Positions 1 through 10,222 of a stretch of 64,000 bases of DNA are shown here, in pieces. Each line of letters begins with the position of its first letter. The stretch's first letter is position 1. Under the pieces are notes generated by a model. It made no database searches and was not told the DNA's origin. It saw only the letters and a program-made list of their open reading frames with translations. Source of the DNA: an uncultured Gammaproteobacteria bacterium (GTDB lineage: Bacteria; Pseudomonadota; Gammaproteobacteria; DRLM01); the NCBI GenBank assembly GCA_963729605.1, contig CAVSNY010000006.1, positions 32,001-96,000 of the forward strand, written 5' to 3'. Both the position numbers and the translations under genes were made by a program.

Positions 1-641
1 TTCTCCAGCATGCTCACCAAACGGAAGGTGCCGACATGGGGCTTGCTGACGTAGAGAATTTCTTCCGGCGCGCCGGCCTTCACGAATTCGCGCAAGATCT
101 TCACGCCCAGATGACGCGGGTCCTGGATCTGGGTATGCAGTTTACCGTCGGAAAAGGTGCCGGCGCCGCCCTCGCCGAATTGCACGTTCGATTCCGGATC
201 GAGCCGGTGATGGCGCCACAGCGCCCAGGTGTCCTTGGTGCGTTGCCGCACCTCCCTGCCCCGCTCCAGGATCAGCGGCTTGAAACCCATTTGCGCCAGC
301 AGCAGCGCCGCCATGAAACCGCAGGGCCCTGTGCCGATGATCACCGGGCGTTTTTTAAGATTGACCGGCGCGTGCGCGACGAATTTATATTCGGTATCCG
401 GCGTGGGTTTGATGTGCTGATCGCCGCCGCATCGCTTCAACAACCGCGCCTCGTCGGCCACCGCCACATCCAGCGAATAGACGAACACGATCTCCGTCTT
501 CTTGCGCGCATCATAAGCGCGGCGGGCGATGTTATAGCCGAGTAATTCAGACGCGTCGATTTTCAGCCGTTGCAGGATCGCCGTGCGGATCGCATCCGCC
601 GGGTGGCCGAGGGGGAGTCTGATTTCCGTGAGTCGTAACAT
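1..641 (-). CDS. NAD(P)/FAD-dependent oxidoreductase (COG2509-like), runs off the window start
   Basis: Manual translation from ATG at 641: MLRLTEIRLPLGH..., FAD-binding IIGTGPCG, then ESNVQFGEGGAGTFSDGKL and KPHVGT motifs typical of this family; absent from the ORF track because it has no stop in the window. Confidence 0.85.
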   Translation of the reverse strand, partial: MLRLTEIRLPLGHPADAIRTAILQRLKIDASELLGYNIARRAYDARKKTEIVFVYSLDVAVADEARLLKRCGGDQHIKPTPDTEYKFVAHAPVNLKKRPVIIGTGPCGFMAALLLAQMGFKPLILERGREVRQRTKDTWALWRHHRLDPESNVQFGEGGAGTFSDGKLHTQIQDPRHLGVKILREFVKAGAPEEILYVSKPHVGTFRLVSMLE

Positions 642-739
642 CGCAGGGTCCGTGGTCAGCCGTCGGGGCGGCGCCATTTTACCCGTTAACGCGGCAAGAG
701 GAACGATTAGCCGGCGCCGGCGAAACAAGCTTGACGGCG

Positions 740-768
740 TTCCCCTCTCCCGCGAGAGGAGAGGGGAA
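740..768. repeat. REP-like / terminator hairpin TTCCCCTCTCC-N7-GGAGAGGGGAA
   Basis: 11-bp perfect inverted repeat downstream of dsbC; same CCCTCTCC/GGAGAGGG core as the element at 57986-58025. Confidence 0.6.
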
Positions 769-810
769 ACCATTCATCGCACTTTCGGCGGATTGGCCAA
801 GTTTGAAAAC

Positions 811-1557
811 TCAACGCGCGGCGGTGGCGAGTTGATCGAGCACCTGGCTCAAACGCGCGGCGGGCATATAACCGGGCACCACGGTGCCGTCTTCCATTAC
901 CATGGTCGGCGTGCCCGATACCCCGACCCGTTCCGCGGCGGCCAGGTGTTTTTGCACGGGATTGTCACAGGTCTTTTGTTCAACGGCTTGGCCGAGTTTG
1001 GCGCGGGTCATCGCCGCCCGGCGGTCTTTCGCGCACCACACGCTCACCATCTTGGAATAAGAAGGCGTGTCCACCCCCGAGCGCGGGAAGGCCAGATAAC
1101 GAACGGTGATGCCGGCCTTGTTGTAGTCGGCCATCTCGCCGTGCATCTTGCGGCAATAGCTGCAATCCGCGTCGGTGAAGATGGTGACCACATGTTTCTC
1201 CTGCTTGGGCGGCGCGGCGAAGATAATCATGTCCTTTTGGTTGAGGCCCTTGATCAGCTGCACCCGGCCCTGGGCGCGGCGCTCCTCCGAGAGATTGGCC
1301 TTGTTCGCCACGTCGATGAGGTCGCCCTGCACGGCGAAACGGCCGTCCTTGGTGACATACAAAACTTCCGGCCCGAAACTCACTTCATACAAACCCGGCA
1401 CCGGACTCTCGACGATGCGATCGGGCGCCGTGCCCGGTACCAGTTTCTGCATCGCCTTGGCGATGGTTTCGACATCGTCCGCCGCGGCCAGCCCCAACAT
1501 ACCCGCGGCCGCCAGCGCGCCCACGGTCCAGGAAATCAATTTGCTCTTCATCGTCAC
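811..1557 (-). CDS. dsbC: Thiol:disulfide isomerase DsbC
   Basis: Signal peptide, N-terminal dimerisation region (SPVPGLYEV), FTDADCSYC active site, cis-Pro GTP, located downstream of xerD. Confidence 0.93.
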   Translation of the reverse strand: MTMKSKLISWTVGALAAAGMLGLAAADDVETIAKAMQKLVPGTAPDRIVESPVPGLYEVSFGPEVLYVTKDGRFAVQGDLIDVANKANLSEERRAQGRVQLIKGLNQKDMIIFAAPPKQEKHVVTIFTDADCSYCRKMHGEMADYNKAGITVRYLAFPRSGVDTPSYSKMVSVWCAKDRRAAMTRAKLGQAVEQKTCDNPVQKHLAAAERVGVSGTPTMVMEDGTVVPGYMPAARLSQVLDQLATAAR

Positions 1558-1620
1558 ATCGCTCGTTATAGAAAATCGGTCTTTGTTGGAGGCCCCGGCG
1601 GCGGCGAGGTTCCTTCCCGT

Positions 1621-2568
1621 TCAGCCTCGCGGGTGATGCTCGCCGTGCACCTGTTTCAAACGCTCGCGCGCCACGTGCGTATAAATCTGGGTGGTGGACA
1701 GATTGTGATGACCCAACAACATCTGCACCGCCCGCAAGTCCGCCCCGTGGTTGAGCAAATGGGTGGCGAAGGAATGGCGCAAGGTATGAGGCGACAGGCT
1801 GGCGCGCACCCCCACCCGCCGCGCATGGCGCTTGATCAAATACCAAAAGGCCTGGCGGGTCATAGCATCGCCGCGTTGTGTGACAAATAAGGCCTTGCTC
1901 TGCGCCCCGTGCAGCAACTCCGCCCGCGCCTCGCGTAAATAACGCTCCAGCCAGTTGGCGGCCTCTTCGCCCAGGGGCACCAGCCGCTCTTTGTCGCCCT
2001 TGCCCACCACCCGCACCACGCCCTGGCGGAGATTGAGCTGGGTCACTTCCACACCCACCAATTCGGAGACCCGCAATCCCGAGGCGTACAGCAATTCCAG
2101 CATGGCGCGGTCGCGCAGGCCCAAGGTCTGGTTGACGTCCGGCGCGCCGAGCAAGGCATCCACCTCCGCTTCGGTGAGCGCCTTGGGCAAAGACCGGCCC
2201 AGTTTGGGCGAATCAACGAGGGCGCTGGGATCGACGCTCAAACGCCGTTCGCGTACCTGATATTGATAAAAGCGCCGCAGACTCGACAATAAACGCGCGG
2301 TGGTGCGCGGCCGCGCGCCGCCGTATACCCGCTGCGCCAGATACTCCAACACGTCGTCGCGTCGCGCGTTGAACAGGTCGCGTCCCTGCCGGGCCAACCA
2401 CGCCGCCCAGCCTTTGAGATCGGCGCGATAGGCCGCCAAGGTGTTGCCGCTCAAACCCTGTTCCATCCACAGCGCGTCGAGAAAGGCCTCGATCACCGCC
2501 ATGTGATCGCCGGCCGGCGCGGCGCCGTTCTTAACGATTAGTTCCTCGCTCAGCGCCTCGGCGCTCAC
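1621..2568 (-). CDS. xerD: Site-specific tyrosine recombinase XerD
   Basis: LYASGLRVSEL, GKGDKER, HTLRHSFATH, LGH, TTQIYT and C-terminal HHPRG; GTG start at 2568 overlaps the ogt stop (alternative ATG at 2502); the 3264 start in the ORF track is over-extended. Confidence 0.95.
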   Translation of the reverse strand: MSAEALSEELIVKNGAAPAGDHMAVIEAFLDALWMEQGLSGNTLAAYRADLKGWAAWLARQGRDLFNARRDDVLEYLAQRVYGGARPRTTARLLSSLRRFYQYQVRERRLSVDPSALVDSPKLGRSLPKALTEAEVDALLGAPDVNQTLGLRDRAMLELLYASGLRVSELVGVEVTQLNLRQGVVRVVGKGDKERLVPLGEEAANWLERYLREARAELLHGAQSKALFVTQRGDAMTRQAFWYLIKRHARRVGVRASLSPHTLRHSFATHLLNHGADLRAVQMLLGHHNLSTTQIYTHVARERLKQVHGEHHPRG

Positions 2569-3101
2569 GGCATGGCCCGCTCGTGTTGCAACAGCCAGTG
2601 TTTGAGGGCCAGCGCCGGGCCTTCGACGCGGCCCATGAAACCGCCGGCGCCGCCGGCCGCCACCACCCGATGGCAGGGCACGAACAGCGGGATGGGATTG
2701 GCGCGGCAGGCGCCGCCCACCGCCCGCGGGCCGCTGCCGAGCCGTTCGGCCAGTACACCGTATCGGCGGGTCTCCCCGGCCGGGATGGCACGCAGCGCGA
2801 CCCACACGCGTTTTTGAAACGGCGTGCCCGCCAGCTCCAGGGGTAGATCGAGGGGCCGCCGAGGATCGGCGAAATAGGCCCGCAACTGCGCCGCGGCGCG
2901 CCTGCCCAAGGCGGTGCGCGGCGCCCGGTCGGGCGCGCCGTCGTCGATGAAGCTCACATCGCACAAGGCCCCGTTCTCCTCGCGCAAGCCTATCTTCACG
3001 CCGGGCACCGGGCTCGCGAGGATGACGTCGTAGTAATCGAGCGGCGACGGCGCGGAAGTGACCCGCGGACCGGGAGTCAATCTGATTGGCGCGCGGTTCA
3101 T
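2565..3101 (-). CDS. ogt: Methylated-DNA--protein-cysteine methyltransferase
   Basis: GTPFQKRVW, PRAVGGAC, NPIP, PCHRV active site. Confidence 0.92.
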   Translation of the reverse strand: MNRAPIRLTPGPRVTSAPSPLDYYDVILASPVPGVKIGLREENGALCDVSFIDDGAPDRAPRTALGRRAAAQLRAYFADPRRPLDLPLELAGTPFQKRVWVALRAIPAGETRRYGVLAERLGSGPRAVGGACRANPIPLFVPCHRVVAAGGAGGFMGRVEGPALALKHWLLQHERAMP

Positions 3102-4837
3102 GGCCTACCCTCCAGTTGATCCAAGGCCCGCAGCGCATAGGCGCGGCGGGCGGGATCAGTATCGGCCCCCAGCAGGCCGGCGTACAAACGGCGGGCGTCG
3201 GCGCGCAGCCCGGCCTTGGCCAGCACCGCGGCGGCATGATAACGGCCGAGCTGGCCCCAATCATCCGTCGCGCCGGTTTCGCCGGCGAGATAGGCCGTTC
3301 GCAGATAGCTGAGGGCGGCCCGCTGATAGTCGCCCAAGGCCTCGTAGGCCTGGCCCGCCCAGAATTGCAGCTCGCGCTGCGTCTCCATTTCCGGGGTGGC
3401 GGCGGCCAGGCCGTGCAACATATCCAGCGCGGCCTGAGAATGCCCCAAGCCCTGCACCACCCCCGCCGCGCGCATCACTTCCCGCCGTTGCGCCGGGGTA
3501 AAACTCGCGACCTGCCCCATCAACTCCTTCAGCACGCTGATCCCCAATTCGTCGCTGCCGGTAGCGAGCAACACCCGCGCCCGCGCCACTTGCCAAGCCA
3601 GCGTTTCCGTAGCCGCCGCGGGTACCGGCAAATCGCCGACCAAAGAGGTGGCGGCGGGTGAATCACCTTCGTCGAAAGCCACGGCCGCCAGACTGTAACG
3701 CACCCCGGGCGGGATGGTTTCCAAGCTCGGAAACCGTGCGGAGCGGAGATAAAGGCTCCGCAACAAGGCGCCGCGGCTTGGGTGGTTTTCAAACGAATCG
3801 ACCACCTGCCGATGCGCGGCGGCGGCGAGGGGGTGGGCCGGGTCATGCCAGGCCAGCAACGCCAACAAGGCCCGCGCCTCCACGGGTTTGACGTCGCGCA
3901 GACGCTGCTCGATCTCGAACCAGGGCGGATAATCATCGGTGCTCAACTGCGCGCGTTGTGCCAGGACCATGCCGTAATTGAGATAGGCGTCCCACAAAAT
4001 GTCGGCATTGACCAACAGCTCGTCGCCCGCCCCGCCGTGACCGAGGGCGAGCGCGCGTTCCAAGGCATCGATACGCGTCGCGTCGTCGGCGCCGAGACGC
4101 GCCGCCTCGGCCGCCACCGCCCACAATTTTCGCCGCGCGGCCGGTTGGCCGCCGTCGGCCAGCGCCAGGGCGCGGGCCTGCGCGGCGACGCGGTCGGGTG
4201 AATCGCGTTGGCTGCGCAATTCCGCGAGCAGCGCCAGGGCGCGGCTCTCCAAATCAGTCTTTTCGGCAAGCAGATCGGCCGCCTCGGCGGCACGCCCCTC
4301 GGCGAGCCACCCCCGCGCGATGAGCCGGGTCTCTTCCTCATCGGGCTGGGCCGTGTCTTGCTGATAACGTTGCAGCGCGACGGCCGCGTCCTCGCTGCGT
4401 TGTTCGGCGAGATAACTCTCGATGATCAGGCGCCGCCACTCGGCGAGCTGAGCGGCGCTGAGACTTTCTTCCGGGGCCCAGATCAAGCGAGCCAGGCGTT
4501 CCCGCGCGGCGGCGGGATTTCCCAAAGCCAGCTCGGCCTCGGCGGCGCGGGTCTGCGCCCATTTGCGCACGTCGTCGGCGGTGTCGGGCGGGAGCGCCTC
4601 CGCCCGCTTCACCACGTCTTCCCATTCCTCCAGGGCTAAATGCAAGGCGATGCGCTGCTTTTCCCAACGCGCCCAGCCGGCGGCGTCGCCGTCGGTCTCG
4701 GTTTGATAACGGTCGATGAGGGTTTGCGCGAGTTGCGGCGCGCCGTGGCGGATCAGCGTGGTGATGTCGTCATCGCCGCCGTCGGCGTGCGCGAGATTGC
4801 CGGCCAGGCCCGCCAGCAACAGGGCCAGCGCCCGCAT
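3098..4837 (-). CDS. Exported alpha-helical (TPR-like) hypothetical protein
   Basis: Signal peptide MRALALLLAGLAGNLAHA; Ala/Leu/Arg-rich helical repeats (FWAGQAYEALGDYQRAALSY); start placed at 4837, downstream of the rplS terminator. Confidence 0.7.
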   Translation of the reverse strand: MRALALLLAGLAGNLAHADGGDDDITTLIRHGAPQLAQTLIDRYQTETDGDAAGWARWEKQRIALHLALEEWEDVVKRAEALPPDTADDVRKWAQTRAAEAELALGNPAAARERLARLIWAPEESLSAAQLAEWRRLIIESYLAEQRSEDAAVALQRYQQDTAQPDEEETRLIARGWLAEGRAAEAADLLAEKTDLESRALALLAELRSQRDSPDRVAAQARALALADGGQPAARRKLWAVAAEAARLGADDATRIDALERALALGHGGAGDELLVNADILWDAYLNYGMVLAQRAQLSTDDYPPWFEIEQRLRDVKPVEARALLALLAWHDPAHPLAAAAHRQVVDSFENHPSRGALLRSLYLRSARFPSLETIPPGVRYSLAAVAFDEGDSPAATSLVGDLPVPAAATETLAWQVARARVLLATGSDELGISVLKELMGQVASFTPAQRREVMRAAGVVQGLGHSQAALDMLHGLAAATPEMETQRELQFWAGQAYEALGDYQRAALSYLRTAYLAGETGATDDWGQLGRYHAAAVLAKAGLRADARRLYAGLLGADTDPARRAYALRALDQLEGRP

Positions 4838-4862
4838 GATAGATCGCGGATTTAAACGCGGG

Positions 4863-4914
4863 AAAAATAGCAACGGACCGCGGAAGCGGAGAAGTCCGTT
4901 CCACAGTCCGTTGC
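4863..4914 (-). terminator. Probable intrinsic terminator of the rpsP-rimM-trmD-rplS operon
   Basis: Minus strand GCAACGGACTGTGGAACGGA...TCCGCTTCCGCGGTCCGTTGC stem followed by TATTTTT, just after the rplS stop. Confidence 0.65.
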
Positions 4915-4940
4915 GCGCAGCGGGCATGGCTGCGTAGAAG

Positions 4941-5285
4941 TTACAGTTTTTCTTTGATGCGGGCGGATTTGCCTTGGCGGCCGCGCAAGTAGTAGAGCTT
5001 GGCGCGGCAGACGTCGCCGCGGCGGACCACTTTGATGCCGGCCACCACCGGGCTGTGGGTTTGGAATACGCGTTCCACGCCTTCGCCGTGGGAGATCTTG
5101 CGCACGGTGAAGGAGGAGTTGAGGCCGCGGTTGCGCTTGGCGATGACCACGCCTTCGAAGGCCTGCAGACGTTCGCGATTGCCTTCCTTGACCTTCACTT
5201 GCACTTCCACGGTGTCGCCGGGACCGAAGGCCGGGATCTCCGTCTTCATTTGTTCGGCTTCAAGCTGCTGGATGATGTTGCTCAT
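4941..5285 (-). CDS. rplS: 50S ribosomal protein L19
   Basis: [37 protein letters not shown]. Confidence 0.98.
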   Translation of the reverse strand: MSNIIQQLEAEQMKTEIPAFGPGDTVEVQVKVKEGNRERLQAFEGVVIAKRNRGLNSSFTVRKISHGEGVERVFQTHSPVVAGIKVVRRGDVCRAKLYYLRGRQGKSARIKEKL

Positions 5286-5336
5286 ACACTAGTACCCCAA
5301 AAAAATAACTATGTTTTCACCGAAACGAACGTCCGC

Positions 5337-6074
5337 TCATATACCGCGTTCGCGTTTAAATTCTGCCAACAGGGTTTGTTGCTCCCCGGTCAGCGGTAAA
5401 CCTTGCAGCAGGTCCGGGCGTTCCAGCCAGGTGCGGCCCAGCGCCTGTTTCAAGCGCCAGCGGCGGATCGCCTCATGGTCGCCCTGCACCAACACCGCCG
5501 GCACCGTCGCGCCGTCGATCTCTTCCGGGCGGGTGTAGTGGGGATGATCCAGCAACCCCGCCATGAAGGAGTCCTGTTCGGCGGACTGCTCATGGCCCAG
5601 CACCCCGGGCAATACGCGGATCACCGCGTCCATCATCACCATCGCCGCCAACTCGCCGCCGCTCAGCACGTAATCGCCGATCGACCATTCCTCATCCACT
5701 TCGCCGTCGATCACCCGCTGATCGATGCCTTCATAACGGCCCGCCACCAAAATCACGCCGGGCCGTTGAGCAAACTCCATCACCGCCGCCTGATCCAAGC
5801 GCCGCCCTTGCGGGCTGAGGTAGATCACCCGGCTGGCCGGCGCCTCGGCCCGCGCCGCTCGGATGGCGTCGCGCAGCGGCTTGACCAGCATCACCATGCC
5901 GGGACCGCCGCCGTAAGGCCGGTCGTCCACCGTGCGGTGGCGATCCGTGGTGTAATCCCGCGGATTCCACAGCGCGAGATTCACTATTCCCCGCTGCACC
6001 GCCCGGCCGGTGACCCCGTGACGGGTCGCGATCTCGAACAGTTCCGGAAACAGGCTGATGACGTCGAAACGCAC
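5337..6074 (-). CDS. trmD: tRNA (guanine-N1)-methyltransferase
   Basis: [42 protein letters not shown]. Confidence 0.98.
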   Translation of the reverse strand: MRFDVISLFPELFEIATRHGVTGRAVQRGIVNLALWNPRDYTTDRHRTVDDRPYGGGPGMVMLVKPLRDAIRAARAEAPASRVIYLSPQGRRLDQAAVMEFAQRPGVILVAGRYEGIDQRVIDGEVDEEWSIGDYVLSGGELAAMVMMDAVIRVLPGVLGHEQSAEQDSFMAGLLDHPHYTRPEEIDGATVPAVLVQGDHEAIRRWRLKQALGRTWLERPDLLQGLPLTGEQQTLLAEFKRERGI

Positions 6075-6077
6075 CGC

Positions 6078-6587
6078 TTAAAACTCCGGGTCCCACTCGA
6101 CCCGCATCACACCCTGCCCGAGATCCACCTCGGTGACGACCTGGCCCCGCACATAAGGGATCAACCGTTCCCGTTCGCCCTTCACCACCAGCACATCGTT
6201 GGCGCCGGTCTCCAGCAAGTGGTCCACCACCCCCAGCTCCACGCCGTCTTGGGTGAGGACCCGCAAGCCTTGCAAATCGCTCCAATAAAACTCGTCGGGC
6301 GCCAAGGCCGCCAGCGTCGAGCGCGGGACGCCGATCTCGCAGCCGGTGAGGGCCTGCACCGCGTCGCGGTCATCGTAGTCCGCCAGACGGGCCACGATGG
6401 TTTTACCGTGGGGCCGCCCCTCGGCCAAGGCCAGGGGACGCCATTCGCCCGCCATGTGCACCCACCATTGGCGATGGGTCAGTATTTCTTCGCGCGGCTC
6501 GGTATAGGAATACACCTTGACCCAGCCGCGTACGCCATAAGGCCCGCCGATCCGGCCGATCACCACCCGCTGGGCCTCTACCGCCAT
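6078..6587 (-). CDS. rimM: 16S rRNA processing protein RimM
   Basis: GVRGWVKV, EFYWSDL, ETGANDVL; lies between rpsP and trmD. Confidence 0.97.
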   Translation of the reverse strand: MAVEAQRVVIGRIGGPYGVRGWVKVYSYTEPREEILTHRQWWVHMAGEWRPLALAEGRPHGKTIVARLADYDDRDAVQALTGCEIGVPRSTLAALAPDEFYWSDLQGLRVLTQDGVELGVVDHLLETGANDVLVVKGERERLIPYVRGQVVTEVDLGQGVMRVEWDPEF

Positions 6588-6619
6588 AGCCCCTCGCTCG
6601 GATGAGACACGGACCGGGA

Positions 6620-6865
6620 TCAGGGCTTGGGCTGGCTCTTCAATAATTGATCGACGCGGTCGGAGGGTTGGGCGCCTTTCGACAACCAGTAGCCGACCCG
6701 CTCGGCGTTGACTTCCAACTTGGTCTCGGCGCCCTGGGCGACCGGGTTGAAGAAGCCGACGCGTTCGATGAAACGGCCACCCCGCGCGCTGCGGCTATTG
6801 GTCACCACGATGTGGTAAAAAGGCCGTTTTTTCGCGCCACTTCGAGCCAAACGAATGCTTACCAT
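6620..6865 (-). CDS. rpsP: 30S ribosomal protein S16
   Basis: [39 protein letters not shown]. Confidence 0.98.
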   Translation of the reverse strand: MVSIRLARSGAKKRPFYHIVVTNSRSARGGRFIERVGFFNPVAQGAETKLEVNAERVGYWLSKGAQPSDRVDQLLKSQPKP

Positions 6866-6988
6866 GTCTGTACCTGTCCCCTAAAATTCATGTGCCGCAT
6901 CCCTCGCCGGGCAAGGTAGCGGTAAAAGCGCGTTATTTTACGCAATTTTCCCGAAATGGGAAGGGGCAATCTCGGCGCGGGCCACGCC

Positions 6989-8347
6989 TCAAAAAGGCAG
7001 ACGGCCCGGCAGGCGGCCGCCCAAGCCCCGCAACATCTTGCTCAAGCCGCCTTTTGACATCTTTTTCATCATGCGCTGCATCTGGTCGAATTGCTTGAGC
7101 AGGCGGTTGACGTCCTGCACCTGGGTGCCGGACCCGGCGGCGATCCGCCGTTTGCGCGAGCCTTTAATCAAATCGGGAGTGCGCCGCTCCAGCGGAGTCA
7201 TCGAACCAATGATGGCTTCCATGCGCAGCATCTCCTTGTCATTGACCTGCTGCTTCACCGCGTCGGGCACGTTGCCCATGCCGGGCAGTTTGTCCATCAG
7301 GGCGCCGAGGCCGCCCATCTGCCGCATCTGCTGCATCTGCTCGCGGAAATCCTCCAGGTCGAAACCTTTGCCTTTTTTCAGCTTATTGGCCAGTTGCTCG
7401 GCCTTGCCCCGGTCGAGGTTGCGCTCCGCCTCCTCCACCAGGGACAACACGTCGCCCATGCCCAAAATCCGCGAGGCGAGCCGGTCGGGATGAAAGGGTT
7501 CGAGGGCCCCGGTCTTCTCGCCCATGCCGAGAAACTTGATGGGTTTGCCGGTGACGTGGCGCACCGACAAGGCCGCGCCGCCGCGGGCGTCGCCGTCGGC
7601 CTTGGTCAGCACCACGCCGGTGAGGGGCAGCGCCTCGCTGAAGGCCTTGGCGGTGTTCACCGCGTCCTGGCCGGTCATGCCGTCCACCACGAACAGGGTT
7701 TCGACGGGGCGCAGCGCCGCATGCAGGCGCTTGATCTCGTCCATCATCTCCGTGTCCACATGCAGGCGGCCGGCGGTGTCGATGATCACCACGTCGATGA
7801 ATTGTTTGCGCGCCGACTCCACCGCCGCCAGCGCGATGGCCACCGGGTCCTGGTCCGGCGTGCTGGGGAAAAACACCGCGCCCACTTCCCCGGCCAGGGT
7901 TTGTAATTGATCGATGGCGGCGGGACGGTAAATATCGCAGCTCGCCACCAGCACGGTCTTTTTGCGGCGATCCTTCAAAAAGCGCGAGAGTTTGGCCACC
8001 GTCGTGGTTTTACCGGACCCCTGCAAGCCCGCCATCAGCACCACCGCCGGCGGGGTGACATTGAGCTGCAAGTCTTCGTTGGCCTGACCCATCAGGGCCA
8101 CCAACTCGTCGCGCACCACGCCGATCAGGGCCTGGCCGGGCGTCAGGCTTTCCAAGACATCCTTGCCCACGGCGCGGGCGCGCACGTGTTCGATGAAATC
8201 GCGGACCACCGGCAAGGCGACGTCGGCCTCGAGCAGGGCCATACGCACGTCGCGCAAGGCCTCTTTAATATTGTCCTCGGTGAGTCGCCCTTGGCCGCGC
8301 AGCGTCTTTAAGGTGCGGCTCAGCCTTTCGGTCAGGCTTTCAAACAT
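6989..8347 (-). CDS. ffh: Signal recognition particle protein Ffh
   Basis: GLQGSGKTT, DTAGR, TKADGDARGGAA, Met-rich M domain with SRKRRIAAGSG. Confidence 0.98.
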   Translation of the reverse strand: MFESLTERLSRTLKTLRGQGRLTEDNIKEALRDVRMALLEADVALPVVRDFIEHVRARAVGKDVLESLTPGQALIGVVRDELVALMGQANEDLQLNVTPPAVVLMAGLQGSGKTTTVAKLSRFLKDRRKKTVLVASCDIYRPAAIDQLQTLAGEVGAVFFPSTPDQDPVAIALAAVESARKQFIDVVIIDTAGRLHVDTEMMDEIKRLHAALRPVETLFVVDGMTGQDAVNTAKAFSEALPLTGVVLTKADGDARGGAALSVRHVTGKPIKFLGMGEKTGALEPFHPDRLASRILGMGDVLSLVEEAERNLDRGKAEQLANKLKKGKGFDLEDFREQMQQMRQMGGLGALMDKLPGMGNVPDAVKQQVNDKEMLRMEAIIGSMTPLERRTPDLIKGSRKRRIAAGSGTQVQDVNRLLKQFDQMQRMMKKMSKGGLSKMLRGLGGRLPGRLPF

Positions 8348-8408
8348 GAGATCCCCTAGTCGCGCCCGTCCCGGCGAGCGGCGCGCCGATTACATTGATG
8401 GAGGGGGA

Positions 8409-9173
8409 TTATAACGTGATGATGTCGCCGCTGTTCAAGCGGTGAATACGGCGTCCGGCCAGGGCGGCCTGACATTCGGTGAAAATCGTGTCCTCTTCGC
8501 CCGGCTTGTTGTGAGTAATGTAGATCTCCGGCTGGTGGCGGAGCTTCTTGATGTCGTCGGCCAGCAGGCTGGGACAGTAATGTTTGGCCATGCGGCTGAT
8601 GGCGAGATCGGCGTTGGCGAAGGCCGTTTCCACTATTAATACATCCAAGCGGTCGTGGCCGTTCAAGCCCGCCCAGAAACTGTCGTTGGTAAAGGTGTCG
8701 CCGCTGAAGGCCAGCGCCCCGCCGGCGCAGGTCACCCGATAACCCACCGCGGGTACGGCATGGGCGACCCGGATCATCTCCCAACTCCGCCCCGCCAAGG
8801 TCACCACCTCGCCGGGGGACATGGGCGCGTATTTCATTACCGGCTGCTGGGGGGTAGGTAATTTATTAAAGTCGGGCCAGATCACCCAATTGAAGATATG
8901 CTGCTGCAGGGCCTGCAAGGTCTCGGGCAGGCCATGTACGATCAGCGGTTCCTGGCGTTCTTCGAAGATGCTGTCGAGCATGAGGGGAATGAAGGCGATG
9001 TGGTCGAGATGGGAATGGGTGAGAAAAATATGGCGTATCTTCGCCATCTCGATGAGATTCAAATCGCCTACGCCGCTGCCGGCGTCGATGAGGATGTCGT
9101 CATCCACCAGCAACGAAGTGGTGCGCAATCCGTGGCCGACGCCGCCGCTGCATCCCAGAACCCGAATTTGCAT
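8409..9173 (-). CDS. Metallo-beta-lactamase-fold 3',5'-cyclic nucleotide phosphodiesterase (class II-like)
   Basis: MQIRVLGCSGG, THSHLDH metal motif, HIFNWVIWPDF, FSGDT, ITHNKPG; AAGGAG RBS before ATG 9173. Confidence 0.8.
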   Translation of the reverse strand: MQIRVLGCSGGVGHGLRTTSLLVDDDILIDAGSGVGDLNLIEMAKIRHIFLTHSHLDHIAFIPLMLDSIFEERQEPLIVHGLPETLQALQQHIFNWVIWPDFNKLPTPQQPVMKYAPMSPGEVVTLAGRSWEMIRVAHAVPAVGYRVTCAGGALAFSGDTFTNDSFWAGLNGHDRLDVLIVETAFANADLAISRMAKHYCPSLLADDIKKLRHQPEIYITHNKPGEEDTIFTECQAALAGRRIHRLNSGDIITL

Positions 9174-9326
9174 AGATCTCCTTAGCGACATCCTTATTTT
9201 CGCCCGCCCGACTATAACATGGGCCCATTGGCGGACGATGGCCTGATCAAGCGCTTACGGATTACCCCTTCTCTCGTCTGGCGAGGTATGCCATCATTCG
9301 CGCTGTTGCGTGACACTCATCAGTCC

Positions 9327-10133
9327 ATGACCACACTCTATATCGCCATCCCGGCCATGATTCTTTACTTCGCCGCGGGCATCAAACTCGGCCTGCGGCT
9401 CTCCAAAGGGACCCAAAACCCCGGCGCCAAACGACCTCTGTTGGCCCTCGGTTTGGTGGCTGCGGCCCTGCACGCCGCCATCCTGTACCAAAATCTCTTT
9501 TTGGTTAGCGGACTGAACCTGGGATTTTTTAATGCCTTATCGCTGCTATCGTGGCTGATCGCCCTCCTGGTGTTGCTGGCCGCCCTCACCCAGCCCCTGG
9601 AAAATCTCGGCATCGCGGTATTACCGCTCGCCGCGATCGCCCTGCTGCTGGAACAGATCTTCCCCTCGGCGCACCTGGTCAGCGGCGAAGCCGCCATCGC
9701 CTTGCGCCTGCATATCGCCATTTCCATCTTCGCCTACAGCCTGTTCAGCATCGCCGCCGTTCAGGCCATTTTGCTGGCCATTCAAGACCGCCATCTGCAC
9801 GGTAAACGCCCCGGCGGCTACATCCGCGCCCTGCCGCCGCTGGAAACCATGGAAACCCTGTTATTCCAATTGATCGGCATCGGCTTCATTCTGCAGAGCC
9901 TGTCGCTGCTGACCGGCATCTTGTATTTGGAGGACATGTTCGCCCAGCATCTGGTCCACAAGACGGTGTTCTCCATCATTGCCTGGGTGATTTTCGCGAT
10001 TTTGCTGCTGGGCCGCTGGCGTTCGGGCTGGCGCGGACGCGTCGCCATCCGCTGGACCCTGGGCGGATTCACCGCGTTGCTGCTCGCTTATCTCGGCAGC
10101 AAGTGGGTCTTGGAAATCGTGCTCAACCGTTGA
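9327..10133 (+). CDS. ypjD: Inner membrane protein YpjD (CcsA/cytochrome c assembly family)
   Basis: About 8 TM segments, LPPLETME, HKTVFSIIAW, GWRG, LAYLGSK; upstream of yfjD. Confidence 0.88.
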   Translation: MTTLYIAIPAMILYFAAGIKLGLRLSKGTQNPGAKRPLLALGLVAAALHAAILYQNLFLVSGLNLGFFNALSLLSWLIALLVLLAALTQPLENLGIAVLPLAAIALLLEQIFPSAHLVSGEAAIALRLHIAISIFAYSLFSIAAVQAILLAIQDRHLHGKRPGGYIRALPPLETMETLLFQLIGIGFILQSLSLLTGILYLEDMFAQHLVHKTVFSIIAWVIFAILLLGRWRSGWRGRVAIRWTLGGFTALLLAYLGSKWVLEIVLNR

Positions 10134-10222
10134 TGAACGCGTGGACGGCGGGCACAGCGGTTCGGGTCGGCCTCCCCAGCGGACAGCGGACTTTTTTATC
10201 ACGGAAACTGCGCTGACAGACC

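Noticed and set aside
583-1890. Long + strand ORF (435 aa) and many similar long antisense ORFs (5403-6605, 46991-48409, 55444-56745, 57485-58660)
   Set aside because: Shadow or alternate frames of well-supported genes in GC-rich DNA; no motifs.
1621-2568. Tyrosine recombinase as a possible phage/island integrase
   Set aside because: Sequence and xerD-dsbC context identify housekeeping XerD; no att sites or mobile cargo seen.
2569-3264. Apparent N-terminal extension of XerD (547-aa ORF)
   Set aside because: It overlaps ogt in another frame and is an artefact of longest-ORF calling.
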